Shown here: in pieces, positions 18,685 to 28,962 of the stretch
How positions within the stretch are numbered: position 1 is the first letter of the stretch
How the letters are laid out: each line of letters starts with the position of its first letter
NCBI GenBank assembly: GCA_965228735.1
Contig: OZ245838.1
Span: forward strand, 800,001 to 864,000
Length of the DNA: 64,000 bases
Direction: 5' to 3'
DNA from: Planctomycetota bacterium
Lineage (GTDB): Bacteria > Planctomycetota > UBA1135 > UBA2386
Program-made: the position numbers and the translations under genes
The notes under the pieces: model-generated
Databases searched by the model: none
Told to the model about the DNA's origin: nothing
The model's input: the letters and a program-made list of their open reading frames with translations, nothing else

Positions 18685-21266
18685 TCGTGCGCATCCCGCC
18701 GCCTTTCGGTGCCGTCCTCGTTGTCACGTTCCTCTGCGGTGCTCTGGTCGCGCAACGCGGCGACCGCAAGAACGATCCCCAGACGATGTTGCCGGACACC
18801 GTGCAGGTGCCGCCGGCGCCGGCACTCTCGCCGCAGGACGAGCTCGCGACGTTCGAGATCGCGGACGGCTACCGCGTCGAGCTCGTCGCGAGCGAGCCGC
18901 TGATCCAGGATCCCGTCGTCGCGACGTTCGACGCCGCCGGCAACCTCTGGGTCTGCGAGTGGCGCAGCTACATGCGCGACATCGTGGCGACGAACGAGAA
19001 CTCGCCCGAGAGCCGCGTCGTCGTGCTGCACGACCGGGACGGCGACGGGGTCATGGACGACTCCACGGACTTCCTCACGGGGCAGGTGCTGCCGCGCGCG
19101 GTCCTGCCGATGCGCGGCGGCGCGCTCGTGATCGAGCCGCCGAGCCTGTACTGGTGCCCGGATAGCGACGGCGACCTCGTCGCGGACGGCAAGGAGAAGA
19201 TCTGCGACGGCTTCCAGGCCGGCATCGACAACCCCGAGCACTCGGGCAACGGTCTGCTGTGGGGGCTCGACCACCGCATCCACCTCGCGAACGACAAGCG
19301 CCTGCTGCGCTGGACCGGCGAGGTCGGCAAGTTCGCGATCGAGAACGGCAGCGGCGGCGGGCAGTGGGGCATCGCGCACGACGACCGCGGCCGCGTCTAC
19401 TTCAACTTCAACTCGGACTGGCTGCGCGCGAACCTGATTCCGTCGCGGTTCGCGGGCGTGATGGGGGCGACGTTGCCGGGGCACAACCACCGGGTCGTGC
19501 AGGACCAGTCGACGTTCCCGATCCGGATGACGCCCGGGATCAATCGCGGCTACCAGAAGCACATGCTGCGCGAGGACTACACCTTGAAGCGCAACACGGC
19601 CGTGTGCTCGCCGCTGGTCTATCGCGGCGATGTGCTGTCGTGCGACGGCGACGTGTTCGTCTGCGAGCCGGCCGGCAACCTCGTGCGGCAGTTCGACGTG
19701 ACCGACGATCACGGGATGCTCGCCGGGGCGAACGCTTGCGGCGAACGCGAGTTCCTCGCCTCGACGGACGAACGCTTCCGCCCGGTGCACCTGTTCGGCG
19801 GTCAGGACGGCGGCCTCTACCTCGTGGACATGTATCGCGGGGTGATCCAGCATCGCAACTACGTGACGTCGTTCCTGCGCGATCAGGTCGAGAAGCGTGG
19901 CCTCGAGCAGCCGATCGGTCGCGGGCGCATCTGGCGCGTCCTGCCGACGGATCACGAGCGCACCGTGCAGCCCCCGGTGCGCGCTGCCGATGCCGCGGGT
20001 CTCGTGGCGGCGCTCGCCAGCGACTGCGGCATCACGCGCGATCTCGCGCGCCAGGAGGCGGTCCAGCGCCAGGATCAGGCGCTCGCCGCGCCGCTGCGCG
20101 CGGGCTTGCAGAACCACGATCGGCCGGCGACGCGCATCGCGTTGCTGTCCGTTCTGCAGGGACTCGGGCAGCTGACCAAGGACGACGTGCTGCGCGGGCT
20201 GCGCGATCCCGACGCCGGCGTCGTGTGCACGGCGTTGCAGTTCGCGCCAGAGCACCTGATCGCGGGCGCCGGTTTCGTGTGGCTGCTCGTGGAAGCGAAC
20301 TGCATGGCGGCCGAAGGTGACGTCGCGTGGCACACCGCGATCGCGCTCGGCGAGGTGCTGCAGCGGCGGTCGGCCAGAAAACTGCACGACCGCGCCCTCG
20401 CCGGCCTCGCGCAGCTCATCGGCACCGAGGACGCGATGCTGCGGCGGCTCGTGGCTGCGTGCGCCCGTCGGCACGAGATCGCGCTCGCGACCCTCGTTGC
20501 GGCCCGCGGACCGTTCGACCCGGGCGTGATGCGCGGTCGGCTGATGACGAAGCCCATGACCGCCGCGGCGCTGACCGAGCTCGCGCGCCAGGCGGTCAAG
20601 ACTCGCGACCGCGCGGTGCAGACCGCGTTGTTCGAGCTGATCAGCAAGCACGACGATCCGGCCGAGCAGGTGGCTCTGCTGCGCGGTGCGGTGGGTGCCT
20701 TGCCGAAGAAGGCGCGGCAGCGGGCCGGCTGGCTCAAGTTCGCGGCGACGCCGCCGGCGCTGCTCGCGGTCGTTCGGGCCGGCAACGCCAGGACCCAGAA
20801 GCTGGCCAACGAGCTGCTCGGCGCCGTCGCGCTCGAGACGCCCGGTGGTGCGGGTGCGGCCGGCGCGACGCTCTCCGCCGCGGATCGCAAGTTCGTCACC
20901 GCGGGGCAGCAGGTGTTCTCGGCGGTTTGCGCGGCGTGCCACCAGCTCGACGGCAACGGCATGCAGGGGCTCGCGCCGCCGCTCAAGGACTCGGAATGGG
21001 CGACGGGCGATGCGCGGACGCTGATCCGGATCGCGCTGCACGGCGTGCGCGGACCGATCGAGGTCGGCGACCAGGAGTGGAATCTGGAGATGGCCGGGCA
21101 GGCGCACCTGTCGGATCAGGACCTCGGTGCGGCACTGAGCTACATCCGCCGCGCGTTCGGCCACGAGTACTCGCTGATCCGGCCGGCCGACGTCAAGCGA
21201 GAACGCGAGGCGCAGAAGGCGCGCAACGTGCCGTGGACCGCCGCCGAATTGCTCGACGGGCAGTAG
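18678..21266 (+). CDS. PVC-type membrane-bound dehydrogenase-like protein (propeller, HEAT-like repeats, cytochrome c)
   Basis: ELVASEPLIQDPV, DRDGDGVMD, FLASTDERFRPV, DMYRGVIQH, GRIWRV; C-terminal CAACH heme motif and GLAPPL. Confidence 0.88.
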   Translation: MLIVRIPPPFGAVLVVTFLCGALVAQRGDRKNDPQTMLPDTVQVPPAPALSPQDELATFEIADGYRVELVASEPLIQDPVVATFDAAGNLWVCEWRSYMRDIVATNENSPESRVVVLHDRDGDGVMDDSTDFLTGQVLPRAVLPMRGGALVIEPPSLYWCPDSDGDLVADGKEKICDGFQAGIDNPEHSGNGLLWGLDHRIHLANDKRLLRWTGEVGKFAIENGSGGGQWGIAHDDRGRVYFNFNSDWLRANLIPSRFAGVMGATLPGHNHRVVQDQSTFPIRMTPGINRGYQKHMLREDYTLKRNTAVCSPLVYRGDVLSCDGDVFVCEPAGNLVRQFDVTDDHGMLAGANACGEREFLASTDERFRPVHLFGGQDGGLYLVDMYRGVIQHRNYVTSFLRDQVEKRGLEQPIGRGRIWRVLPTDHERTVQPPVRAADAAGLVAALASDCGITRDLARQEAVQRQDQALAAPLRAGLQNHDRPATRIALLSVLQGLGQLTKDDVLRGLRDPDAGVVCTALQFAPEHLIAGAGFVWLLVEANCMAAEGDVAWHTAIALGEVLQRRSARKLHDRALAGLAQLIGTEDAMLRRLVAACARRHEIALATLVAARGPFDPGVMRGRLMTKPMTAAALTELARQAVKTRDRAVQTALFELISKHDDPAEQVALLRGAVGALPKKARQRAGWLKFAATPPALLAVVRAGNARTQKLANELLGAVALETPGGAGAAGATLSAADRKFVTAGQQVFSAVCAACHQLDGNGMQGLAPPLKDSEWATGDARTLIRIALHGVRGPIEVGDQEWNLEMAGQAHLSDQDLGAALSYIRRAFGHEYSLIRPADVKREREAQKARNVPWTAAELLDGQ

Positions 21267-21286
21267 CGGGGGCGTAGGCTCTCGGC

Positions 21287-22465
21287 ATGAGCGCCTTCGA
21301 TCCCGTCCCCGAGGACAAGTTCACGTTCGGACTCTGGACGGTCGGCAACCCCGGTCGCGACCCGTTCGGGCCGTCGGTCCGGCCCACCATGAAGCCGACC
21401 TACATCGTCCAGAAGCTCGCCGAGATCGGTGCGTTCGGCGTCAACCTGCACGACAACGACCTCGTGCCGTTCGAGGCGACCGCGAGCGAGCGCGACGCGA
21501 TCGTGCGGGAGTTCAAGCAGGCGCTCGAGGATCACGGGCTCGTCGTGCCCATGGCGACGACCAATCTGTTCTCGCATCCGATCTTCAAGGATGGCGCGTT
21601 CACGGCGAATGATCCGCAGGTCCGGGCGTTCGCGCTGCAGAAGACGATGCGGGCGATCGATCTCGGCGCCGAGCTCGGTGCCAAGATCTACGTGTTCTGG
21701 GGCGGTCGCGAGGGCGTCGAGGCCGACGCGTGCCGCGACCCGCGCGTCGCGTGGGAGCGCTTCCGCGAGGCGATCGACTTCCTCTGCGGCTACGTGAAGG
21801 CGAACGACTACGGCATGAAGTTCGCCCTCGAGGCCAAGCCCAACGAGCCGCGCGGTGACATCTATCTGCCGACGACCGGGCACATGCTGCACTTCATCAG
21901 CACGCTCGAGAACGAGGAGATGGTCGGGGTCAATCCCGAGGTCGCGCACGAGACGATGGCCGGGCTGTCGTTCGCGCACAACGTCGGGCAGGCGCTCGCG
22001 TGCGACAAGCTGTTCCACATCGACCTCAACGGCCAGAAGATCGGGCGCTACGACCAGGACCTGCGCTTCGGCAGCGAGGACCAGAAGGGCGCGTTCCTGC
22101 TCGTTCGGCTGCTCGAGGGCACGCTCGGCGGCACGCGCTACGATGGGCCGCGGCACTTCGACGCCCACGCCTACCGCACCGAGGACGAGGCCGGCGTCTG
22201 GGAGTTCGCCAAGGGCTGCATGCGCACCTACAAGATCCTGCAGGCGCGGGCCGAGGCGTTCGACGACGACCCCGAGGTCAAGGCGCTGATCGCCGAGCAG
22301 GAGGACCGCGCGCTCGATCCGCTGCTGAGCGGCGGCTTCACCGTGCAGAAGGCCGGCAAGCTGAAGGAACTCGACATCGACGTCGACGCGGTGGCGAGCC
22401 GCGGTCTCGGCTACGAGAGGCTCGATCAGCTGCTCGTCGAGCACCTGCTCGGCGTGCGCGGGTAG
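21287..22465 (+). CDS. xylA: Xylose isomerase (short, class I type)
   Basis: [63 protein letters not shown]. Confidence 0.96.
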   Translation: MSAFDPVPEDKFTFGLWTVGNPGRDPFGPSVRPTMKPTYIVQKLAEIGAFGVNLHDNDLVPFEATASERDAIVREFKQALEDHGLVVPMATTNLFSHPIFKDGAFTANDPQVRAFALQKTMRAIDLGAELGAKIYVFWGGREGVEADACRDPRVAWERFREAIDFLCGYVKANDYGMKFALEAKPNEPRGDIYLPTTGHMLHFISTLENEEMVGVNPEVAHETMAGLSFAHNVGQALACDKLFHIDLNGQKIGRYDQDLRFGSEDQKGAFLLVRLLEGTLGGTRYDGPRHFDAHAYRTEDEAGVWEFAKGCMRTYKILQARAEAFDDDPEVKALIAEQEDRALDPLLSGGFTVQKAGKLKELDIDVDAVASRGLGYERLDQLLVEHLLGVRG

Positions 22466-22470
22466 CGTTC

Positions 22471-23922
22471 ATGGGAGAGCTCTTCCTCGGGTTCGACGTC
22501 GGCACGCAGAGCGTCAAGGCGCTCGTGATCGACGCCGCGCAGGAGTCGATCGTCGCGCGCGCGCAGGTGGCGATCGATCTGCTGCCCGGTCTGCCGCCGG
22601 GGCACATGGAGCAGCACCCCGATACCTGGATCGATGCGGTGCGCGCGACCGGGCGCGAGGTCATCGAAGAGGTCGGAGCGGAGTCGATCGCCGGCATCGG
22701 GGTATCGGGGCAGCAGCACGGCTGTGTCGTGCTCGACGGCGACGACCGCGTCGTGCGGCCGGCCAAGCTGTGGTGCGACACCGCGACCGCGGCGGAGGCG
22801 GCGCGGCTCGGCGTGCCGACGGGGTTCACCGCGAGCAAGCTGCTCTGGCTGAAGGAGCAGGAGCCGCAGAACTGGGCGCGCGGGCGGCGCGTGCTGTTGC
22901 CGCACGACTACGTCAATTTCGTGCTCACCGGGACGGCGACCATGGAGGCCGGCGACGCGTCGGGGTCGGGGTTCTTCGATCCGCGGCAGCGCGCGTTCGA
23001 CTCGGACGCGATGGCGGCGATCGACGCCGGGTTGCCGGCCCTGCTGCCGCCGCTCGTCGAGGCCGGCGCGCTGGCGGGAACGCTCTCGGAGTCCGGCGCC
23101 GAGTTGCTCGGTCTGCGGGCCGGCATCCCGGTGGCGGCTGGCGGCGGTGACAACATGATGTCGGCGATCGGCGCGGGCGCGACCCGGGCCGGCGTCGTCG
23201 TGGTGAGTCTCGGCACTTCGGGAACCGTGTTCACGCGGACCGATGCGCCGATCGTCGATCCGGAGGGCCTGATCGCGCCGTTCTGCAGCAGCGACGGCGC
23301 GTGGCTGCCGCTCCTCTGCGTGATGAACCTCACGGGCGTGACCGAGGAGGTGACCGCGCTCACCGGCCAGGATCACGCGGCGCTGACCGCGGCGGCGCGT
23401 GCCGTGCCGGCGGGCTGCGACGGTCTCACGTGGCTGCCGTTCCTCATGGGCGAACGCGTGCCGGACCTGCCGAGCGCGACCGGCACGCTACTCGGGATGC
23501 GATCGGGCAACCTGTCGGCGGGGCACCTCTATCGCGCGGCCCTCGAGGGCACGTCGCTCAACCTCGCGGCTGGTCTCGATCGCATGCGAGGGCTCGGGAT
23601 CGCGGTCGAAGAGGTCCGGCTGGTCGGCGGCGCTGCCGCGAACCCGCTGTGGCGCGAAGTGCTGGCCGCGGCGTTCGGCGTGCCCGTCGAGCCGCTCGTC
23701 GAGACCGAGTCGGCCGCGCTCGGTGCGGCGCTGCAGGCGCAGTGGGCCGTGCGCCGGAAGGATTCGCCGGGGCTGGGCATCGACGAGGTGGCCGCGCCGT
23801 TCGTCCGGTTGACCGGCGACCGGGTGGTGCCGAACGCGGCGAGCGTCGCGACCTACCGGGAACTCGGCGCTCGTTTCGGCAAGGCCGTGGCGCGGCAATA
23901 CGGCGCGGATCGCGGCAGCTGA
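22471..23922 (+). CDS. xylB: Xylulokinase (FGGY family)
   Basis: GFDVGTQSVK, GVSGQQHG, KLWCD, GGGDNMMSAIG, SLGTSGT, GERVPDLP; directly follows xylA. Confidence 0.93.
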   Translation: MGELFLGFDVGTQSVKALVIDAAQESIVARAQVAIDLLPGLPPGHMEQHPDTWIDAVRATGREVIEEVGAESIAGIGVSGQQHGCVVLDGDDRVVRPAKLWCDTATAAEAARLGVPTGFTASKLLWLKEQEPQNWARGRRVLLPHDYVNFVLTGTATMEAGDASGSGFFDPRQRAFDSDAMAAIDAGLPALLPPLVEAGALAGTLSESGAELLGLRAGIPVAAGGGDNMMSAIGAGATRAGVVVVSLGTSGTVFTRTDAPIVDPEGLIAPFCSSDGAWLPLLCVMNLTGVTEEVTALTGQDHAALTAAARAVPAGCDGLTWLPFLMGERVPDLPSATGTLLGMRSGNLSAGHLYRAALEGTSLNLAAGLDRMRGLGIAVEEVRLVGGAAANPLWREVLAAAFGVPVEPLVETESAALGAALQAQWAVRRKDSPGLGIDEVAAPFVRLTGDRVVPNAASVATYRELGARFGKAVARQYGADRGS

Positions 23923-24001
23923 GCGCATCGTTCCGCGGGGGCGGCGGCTGTCGGGCACCGTCCCCATGGCATGGGCCCTGCGGGGGCCGTAACTTGCCCA
24001 C

Positions 24002-26044
24002 ATGCTGAATCGCCAGATCGGCTCCATCCTGCGCGGCAAGGCCACGCGCCTGCAGGTGCTGCTCGCCACCACGCTCGGCGGCATGCTCGGCTTCGTGCCC
24101 GGCTTCTTCCTCGCCGAAGACGTCGGGGGCGGGTTCGCGCAGGCGCCGGGCCTCATCCTCGTCCTGATCTGTCTCGCGCTGGTCGCGAACGCCAACCTCG
24201 CGATCTTCGGCATCGCGACGCTCGTCGCCAAGCTCCTCAGCATGCTGCTGCTGCCCGCGTCGTTCGCGGTCGGCACGTGGTTGCTCGACGGGCCGCTGCA
24301 GGGCCTGTTCGCCTGGCTCTGCAACACGCAGGTGACCGCGTGGTTCGGGCTCGAACACTATGCGACGACCGGCGGTCTCGTGCTCGGTCTGCTGTTCGGC
24401 ATCGGCCTCGGAGTCCTGCTCAACGGGATGCTGCAGCGGATCCGGCTGCGCATGGCGAACGTGGAGGAGAACAGCGAGCAGTATCAGAAGTGGTCGAAGA
24501 AGGGTTGGGTGCGGTTCTGCAGCTGGCTCTTCCTCGGCAAGAGCAAGGGCAAGAAGCACACGTGGCGCGAGCTCGCCGAGCGCAACAAGCTCGGCCTGCC
24601 GATCCGGATCTCGGGTGTCGTCGTGTCGACGCTGCTGATCACGGGGATCGTCGTGTTCCAGGAGTTCTTCTCCACGCCGCTGCTCACGTCGAACGCGAAG
24701 TTCGCGCTCGAGTCGACGAACGGCGCGACGGTCGACCTCGACCAGGCGTCGCTGAGTCTCGCGCAAGGCCAGATCCGAGTGTCCAAGTTCGCGATGGCCG
24801 ACAAGGCCGAGCTCGACAAGAACCTGCTCGAGGCCGAAGAACTCGTGATGACGGTGGACGTCGCCGAGCTGCTGCGCCGCCGCCTCGTCATCGACGAGGT
24901 CAAGGCCGTCGCGGCGAAGGCCGGCACGCGGCGGGCGACCCCGGGCGTGATCATTCCGCCGAGCGAGCCCCAGCCGGAGCCCGAGCCCGCGCCCGAGGGC
25001 GTGCCGACGATCGAGGACTACCTCGAGCAGTACGAGGTCTGGAAGAACCGGCTCGAACAGGCCGGGGAGTGGTTCGAGGACATCTTCGCCGGCGGTGAAG
25101 CGCCGCCGGCGCCGTCGACGCCCGAGGAGATCGAGGCCGAGCGCGAACAGCAGATCGAGGAGCACGGGCTCGCCGGCGTGGTCGCGACGCACCTGATCCA
25201 GGAGCGGCCCCGCGTCGTCATCCGGCGGATCGACATCGAGGGCATCACGTGGACCCGCGACGGTGTCGAGGATCAGCTCGCGCTGCGGCTGCGCAACCTC
25301 GCGTCGAATCCGTGGCTGCTGCAGGAACCGGCGACCATGTCACTCGCGACGAGTTCGGCGAACTTCGCGCTCGATCTCAACGGCCCGAGCGGCGCGGGTG
25401 ACGGCATCGGGATGCGGCTGCAGATGCAGGCCGTGCCGGTCGACACGCTGTTCGCCGGGTTGTCGATCGACGGCAAGAAGCCGCTGCAGGGCGGCACGGT
25501 CGACATCGACGTCGGCGGCAAGCTGCGGGCGCCGCTCGGTGCAGCGATGACGATGGACCTGCCGCTGTCGGTCACGCTGCAGAACACCACGCTCGCGCTC
25601 GGCAGCAGCCAGACGCCGATCGAGAGCCTCGTGCTGCCGATCGGGCTCAAGGGCGCGTTGACGCGGCCGTCCGTGTACTTCGAGAACAAGGCGTTCGCGC
25701 GCGCGCTGCTCGAGGCCGGCAAGACCGAGCTGAGCAACTACGTGAAGGACAACGCGGGCAAGCTGCTCGAGGGGCTGCCGAGCGACCTCGGGGTGATCAA
25801 GGACGTCCTCGATCCTTCGAAGAGCCCCGAGCAGATGGCCAAGGACGCGCAGCAGAAGCTCGAGGACGCGGCGAAGAAGAAGCTCGAGGAAGAGGGCAGC
25901 AAGCTCGAGAACAAGGCCAAGAAGGAGCTCGAGAAGGCGCTGCCGGGACTCGGCGGACTCCTCGGCGGCAAGAAGGAGAGCGCGAAGGAGAAGGGCGGCA
26001 GCGGCAATGGCGGCAATGGCGGGAATGACTACCTGGAGGACTGA
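24002..26044 (+). CDS. Membrane-anchored AsmA-like protein (apparent TIGR03546-type plus TIGR03545-type fusion)
   Basis: N-terminal multi-TM block (LGGMLGFVPG...TTGGLVLGLL), then a beta-rich region (ALESTNGATVDLDQASLSL...LLRRRLVIDEV) and a charged coiled tail. Confidence 0.6.
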   Translation: MLNRQIGSILRGKATRLQVLLATTLGGMLGFVPGFFLAEDVGGGFAQAPGLILVLICLALVANANLAIFGIATLVAKLLSMLLLPASFAVGTWLLDGPLQGLFAWLCNTQVTAWFGLEHYATTGGLVLGLLFGIGLGVLLNGMLQRIRLRMANVEENSEQYQKWSKKGWVRFCSWLFLGKSKGKKHTWRELAERNKLGLPIRISGVVVSTLLITGIVVFQEFFSTPLLTSNAKFALESTNGATVDLDQASLSLAQGQIRVSKFAMADKAELDKNLLEAEELVMTVDVAELLRRRLVIDEVKAVAAKAGTRRATPGVIIPPSEPQPEPEPAPEGVPTIEDYLEQYEVWKNRLEQAGEWFEDIFAGGEAPPAPSTPEEIEAEREQQIEEHGLAGVVATHLIQERPRVVIRRIDIEGITWTRDGVEDQLALRLRNLASNPWLLQEPATMSLATSSANFALDLNGPSGAGDGIGMRLQMQAVPVDTLFAGLSIDGKKPLQGGTVDIDVGGKLRAPLGAAMTMDLPLSVTLQNTTLALGSSQTPIESLVLPIGLKGALTRPSVYFENKAFARALLEAGKTELSNYVKDNAGKLLEGLPSDLGVIKDVLDPSKSPEQMAKDAQQKLEDAAKKKLEEEGSKLENKAKKELEKALPGLGGLLGGKKESAKEKGGSGNGGNGGNDYLED

Positions 26045-26709
26045 TGGACCTGCTCGACAAGACCGAACAGCGCATCGTCGGCGTCCTGATCGAGAAGCAC
26101 CTGACGGTGCCCGACAGCTACCCGCTGACCGAGAACGCGCTCGTCGCCGGCTGCAACCAGTCGAGCAACCGCGATCCCGTGCTGGCGCTCGAGACGTTCC
26201 AGGTCGCGGGCGCGCTCATGGCATTGCACGAGAAGGAGTGGGTCGCGCGCGTCGAGGGCGCCGGCCGCGTCCCGAAGTACCGCCACCGGACCGAGGAGCG
26301 CACGGGCGTGGAGGCGCGCTTCCTGCCGCTGCTGTGCGAACTGCTCGTTCGCGGACCGCAGGCGCCGGGCGCACTCAAGCCGCGCGTCGCGCGCATGGGC
26401 CTCTCGGCGACGCCGGCCGAGATCGAGGCCGCGTTACGCGAGCTCGCCGCGTTGCCGCGCCCGCTCGTCGAGCAGCTGCCCAGGCGCCCGCGCGAGCGTG
26501 ATCACCGGTGGGGTCACCTGCTCGGCGACGCGGCCAGTCGGGAGGAGCAGGCCGCAGCACCGACCGCGGATGCGGCTGCCGCACCAGCATCGCCACCGGC
26601 TGCGCGACCGCCGACGCCAGCCGCGGAGCCGGGCCTCGCCGAACGCGTCGACGCGCTCGAGACCCGCGTCGGCGAACTCGAACGCATCCTGCGCTCCCTG
26701 ACCGACTGA
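26044..26709 (+). CDS. DUF480 / YceH family protein
   Basis: EQRIVGVLIEK..TVPDSYPLT.NAL..GCNQSSNRDPV, RVPKYRH, LLVRGPQ, RWGHLL; TGATG overlap. Confidence 0.92.
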   Translation: MDLLDKTEQRIVGVLIEKHLTVPDSYPLTENALVAGCNQSSNRDPVLALETFQVAGALMALHEKEWVARVEGAGRVPKYRHRTEERTGVEARFLPLLCELLVRGPQAPGALKPRVARMGLSATPAEIEAALRELAALPRPLVEQLPRRPRERDHRWGHLLGDAASREEQAAAPTADAAAAPASPPAARPPTPAAEPGLAERVDALETRVGELERILRSLTD

Positions 26710-26714
26710 CGGCC

Positions 26715-26764
26715 CCCGTACGGAAGGCCCGTACGGAAGGCCCGTACCGAAGGCCCGTACCGAA
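26715..26764. repeat. 13-nt tandem repeat x~4 (cccgtac[g/c]gaagg)
   Basis: Units at 26715, 26728, 26741 and 26754 (partial); intergenic between convergent genes. Confidence 0.9.
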
Positions 26765-26806
26765 CGCGGTCCGTGTTGCCGGTCGGTCGGCTACCGTACG
26801 CCGGAG

Positions 26807-27706
26807 TCAGCTGTCGGCGGTGAGGCGTTCGACGGTGCGTTCGCACCAGGCAGCGTCGCGCGCGCCCGGAGCGATCACGTAGGTCCACGACAGCTGCAGC
26901 GGTTCGTCGGCGGGCACGGTGTGGGTGAACGTCGCGCCGAAGCGGCCGTACGGGCGCGTCGACCACGTCGTCGGGCCGGGGTTGCTCGCGCCCTCGAGGC
27001 GGAGCACGGTGACGGGCTCGTCGGGCAGCGGCAACACGGCGGCGATCCACTCGCAGTCGGTCCACACGTCGTTGCCGTGCGGCACCGCGCTGGCCGGGCG
27101 CACGTACGCGACCTCGGGGCCGTCGTCCTCGGCGAACATCTGGAGCGCGCGGAACTGCTGGCCGGCGTGCTGCGGGTCGCCGGCGAGACGGGTCTCCTTC
27201 GGGAAGCGCAGGTTGGCGCCCAGATCGAGGACGATCGCCTCGCCGAGATCGCGCGCCGTGATCGAGCGGGTCTCCGAGCACACGCGGTCACCGTTCGGGC
27301 CGCGCCACTCGATCGCGACGACCTGATGGCTCGGGTCGACCGTCTCCGGGGTCGACACGATCGCGCGCAGCTGCTGCGTCTCGTTCTTGTTGCAGTGCCA
27401 GAAGTCGAACCCCTGGCCGTTCGTCCGCAGCCGGTTCCATCCGAGGAACAACCCACGATGGTGGCCGAACTTGCCCCCGACGCCCTTCGTGATCACGCGG
27501 CCATCCGGCGCATGAACGTGATGGAAGACCTTGCTCGTCTCCTGATGCCGCTCGGCATCGTGCGGCTCGGCGATCAGCCGGGCCGCGAGGCGACCGGACG
27601 GCGTGATCACGTTCTTGGGATCGCTCGCCGGGTCGGGGCCGCTGGCGCAGCCCGCGAGGCCGAGCAGAACGGCGAGAAGTGTGAGACGCGAAAGGAGGCC
27701 GAACAC
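26807..27706 (-). CDS. DUF6807/'PmoA family'-like lipoprotein (not methane monooxygenase)
   Basis: LLAVLLGLAG|C lipobox; HHRGLFLGWN, DFWHC, GDPQHAGQQFRA, RPYGRFGA; TAAAGT 7 nt before GTG 27706. Confidence 0.7.
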   Translation of the reverse strand: MFGLLSRLTLLAVLLGLAGCASGPDPASDPKNVITPSGRLAARLIAEPHDAERHQETSKVFHHVHAPDGRVITKGVGGKFGHHRGLFLGWNRLRTNGQGFDFWHCNKNETQQLRAIVSTPETVDPSHQVVAIEWRGPNGDRVCSETRSITARDLGEAIVLDLGANLRFPKETRLAGDPQHAGQQFRALQMFAEDDGPEVAYVRPASAVPHGNDVWTDCEWIAAVLPLPDEPVTVLRLEGASNPGPTTWSTRPYGRFGATFTHTVPADEPLQLSWTYVIAPGARDAAWCERTVERLTADS

Positions 27707-27789
27707 GGCGGTGACTTTAGTGTCGGCAGGCCCGAAGTTCTGCGCCGTTCTGCGGCGTGCCACCGGTCCCGTCGCTACGGTTTCTGGCC

Positions 27790-28962
27790 ATGCAGCTCGC
27801 GGTCTACGCGCACCCGTTCGATCTCGCCGCGCTCGCCGATCACGGCGGCCTCGACCGGCTGAAAGGACTCGGGATCTCCGAGATCGCGATGGCCGTCAGC
27901 TACCACGACGGCCGCTGGCTGCAGCCGTGGAACGACGCGACGCGGGTGCGCTTCCTCGAGGACGGCACGGTGCACTACCGCCCGGACTCCGAGCGGGACT
28001 ACGGCCGGTTGCAGCCGTTGCCGTCGAGCTTCGTACCGGCTCAGAACGACGAACCGTCACCGCTCGCGCGCCTGGGCCTCGACGCCGGCCGCGCGGGCCT
28101 CGCGGCGCGCGCGTGGACGGTCTTCACCCACAACACCCGGCTCGGCGAACTGCATCCCGACCTCGCGATCGAGAACGCTTTCGGCGACCGGCACGTGTAC
28201 GGGTTGTGCCCGGCGCGCCCCGCGGTGCAGGACTACATCACCGGGATGGTCGGCGACCTGGCGTCGCACGACGGTCTGTCGACGATCGAGCTCGAAGCGC
28301 TCGGTTGGATGGGGTGGAAGCACGGCAGCCACCACGACAAGGCCAGCTTCCAGCCGCGCGGTCGGCTCGGCTACGCGTTGTCCGTCTGCTTCTGCGACTC
28401 GTGCATGGCCGCGATGACGACGGCCGGCGGCGACCCGGTCGCGATCCGGGCCTTCGCCAGGAACCTGATCGCCGAGCACATCGAACGGGCGGACGCGATG
28501 GCGCCGACCGAGGCGAGCGACGACGACGACGTGTTCGGGCCCGTCCGAGCCGCGCGGGTCGCGACCCTCGAAGCGCTCGGGGCGCGCGTCCGCGAGGCGG
28601 CGGCGGAACGGTCGCAGCTGGCGGTCCAGGTGCACCGCGATCCGCTGTTCACCGGCAGCCAGCTGTCCGCGTCCCAGGCCGGCGGGCTGCCGGCGGCCGA
28701 ACGGGTGGTCACCGCGTACGGCGAGGATCCGGCCGCGATCGCCGCCCATCTCAGCGACCCGGCTACGTGGGCGACCGGCGGCGCGGACGCGCCGCGCCGG
28801 CTGTCGTTCTGGCCGAAGGCGCCGCAGTTCACGTCCGACGAGGATCTCGTGAAGGTTCGCGAGCTGTGCCGCGAGCATGGCGTCGAGTCGATCGCGATCT
28901 ACCATCTCGGATTGCTGCCGTGGCGCACGCTGGAACGCGCCGCGCGGGTGCTGCAAGCATGA
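27790..28962 (+). CDS. Putative glycoside-hydrolase-like TIM-barrel protein
   Basis: YAHPFDL, AVSYH, AWTVFTHNTRLG, NAFGD..YGLCP..PAVQDY, IELE, SVCFCDSC (Zn-like Cys cluster). Confidence 0.6.
   Translation: MQLAVYAHPFDLAALADHGGLDRLKGLGISEIAMAVSYHDGRWLQPWNDATRVRFLEDGTVHYRPDSERDYGRLQPLPSSFVPAQNDEPSPLARLGLDAGRAGLAARAWTVFTHNTRLGELHPDLAIENAFGDRHVYGLCPARPAVQDYITGMVGDLASHDGLSTIELEALGWMGWKHGSHHDKASFQPRGRLGYALSVCFCDSCMAAMTTAGGDPVAIRAFARNLIAEHIERADAMAPTEASDDDDVFGPVRAARVATLEALGARVREAAAERSQLAVQVHRDPLFTGSQLSASQAGGLPAAERVVTAYGEDPAAIAAHLSDPATWATGGADAPRRLSFWPKAPQFTSDEDLVKVRELCREHGVESIAIYHLGLLPWRTLERAARVLQA

Noticed and set aside
26807..27706. Methane monooxygenase subunit
   Set aside because: A soluble lipoprotein without the multi-TM PmoA topology and without pmoB/pmoC; the family name is misleading.
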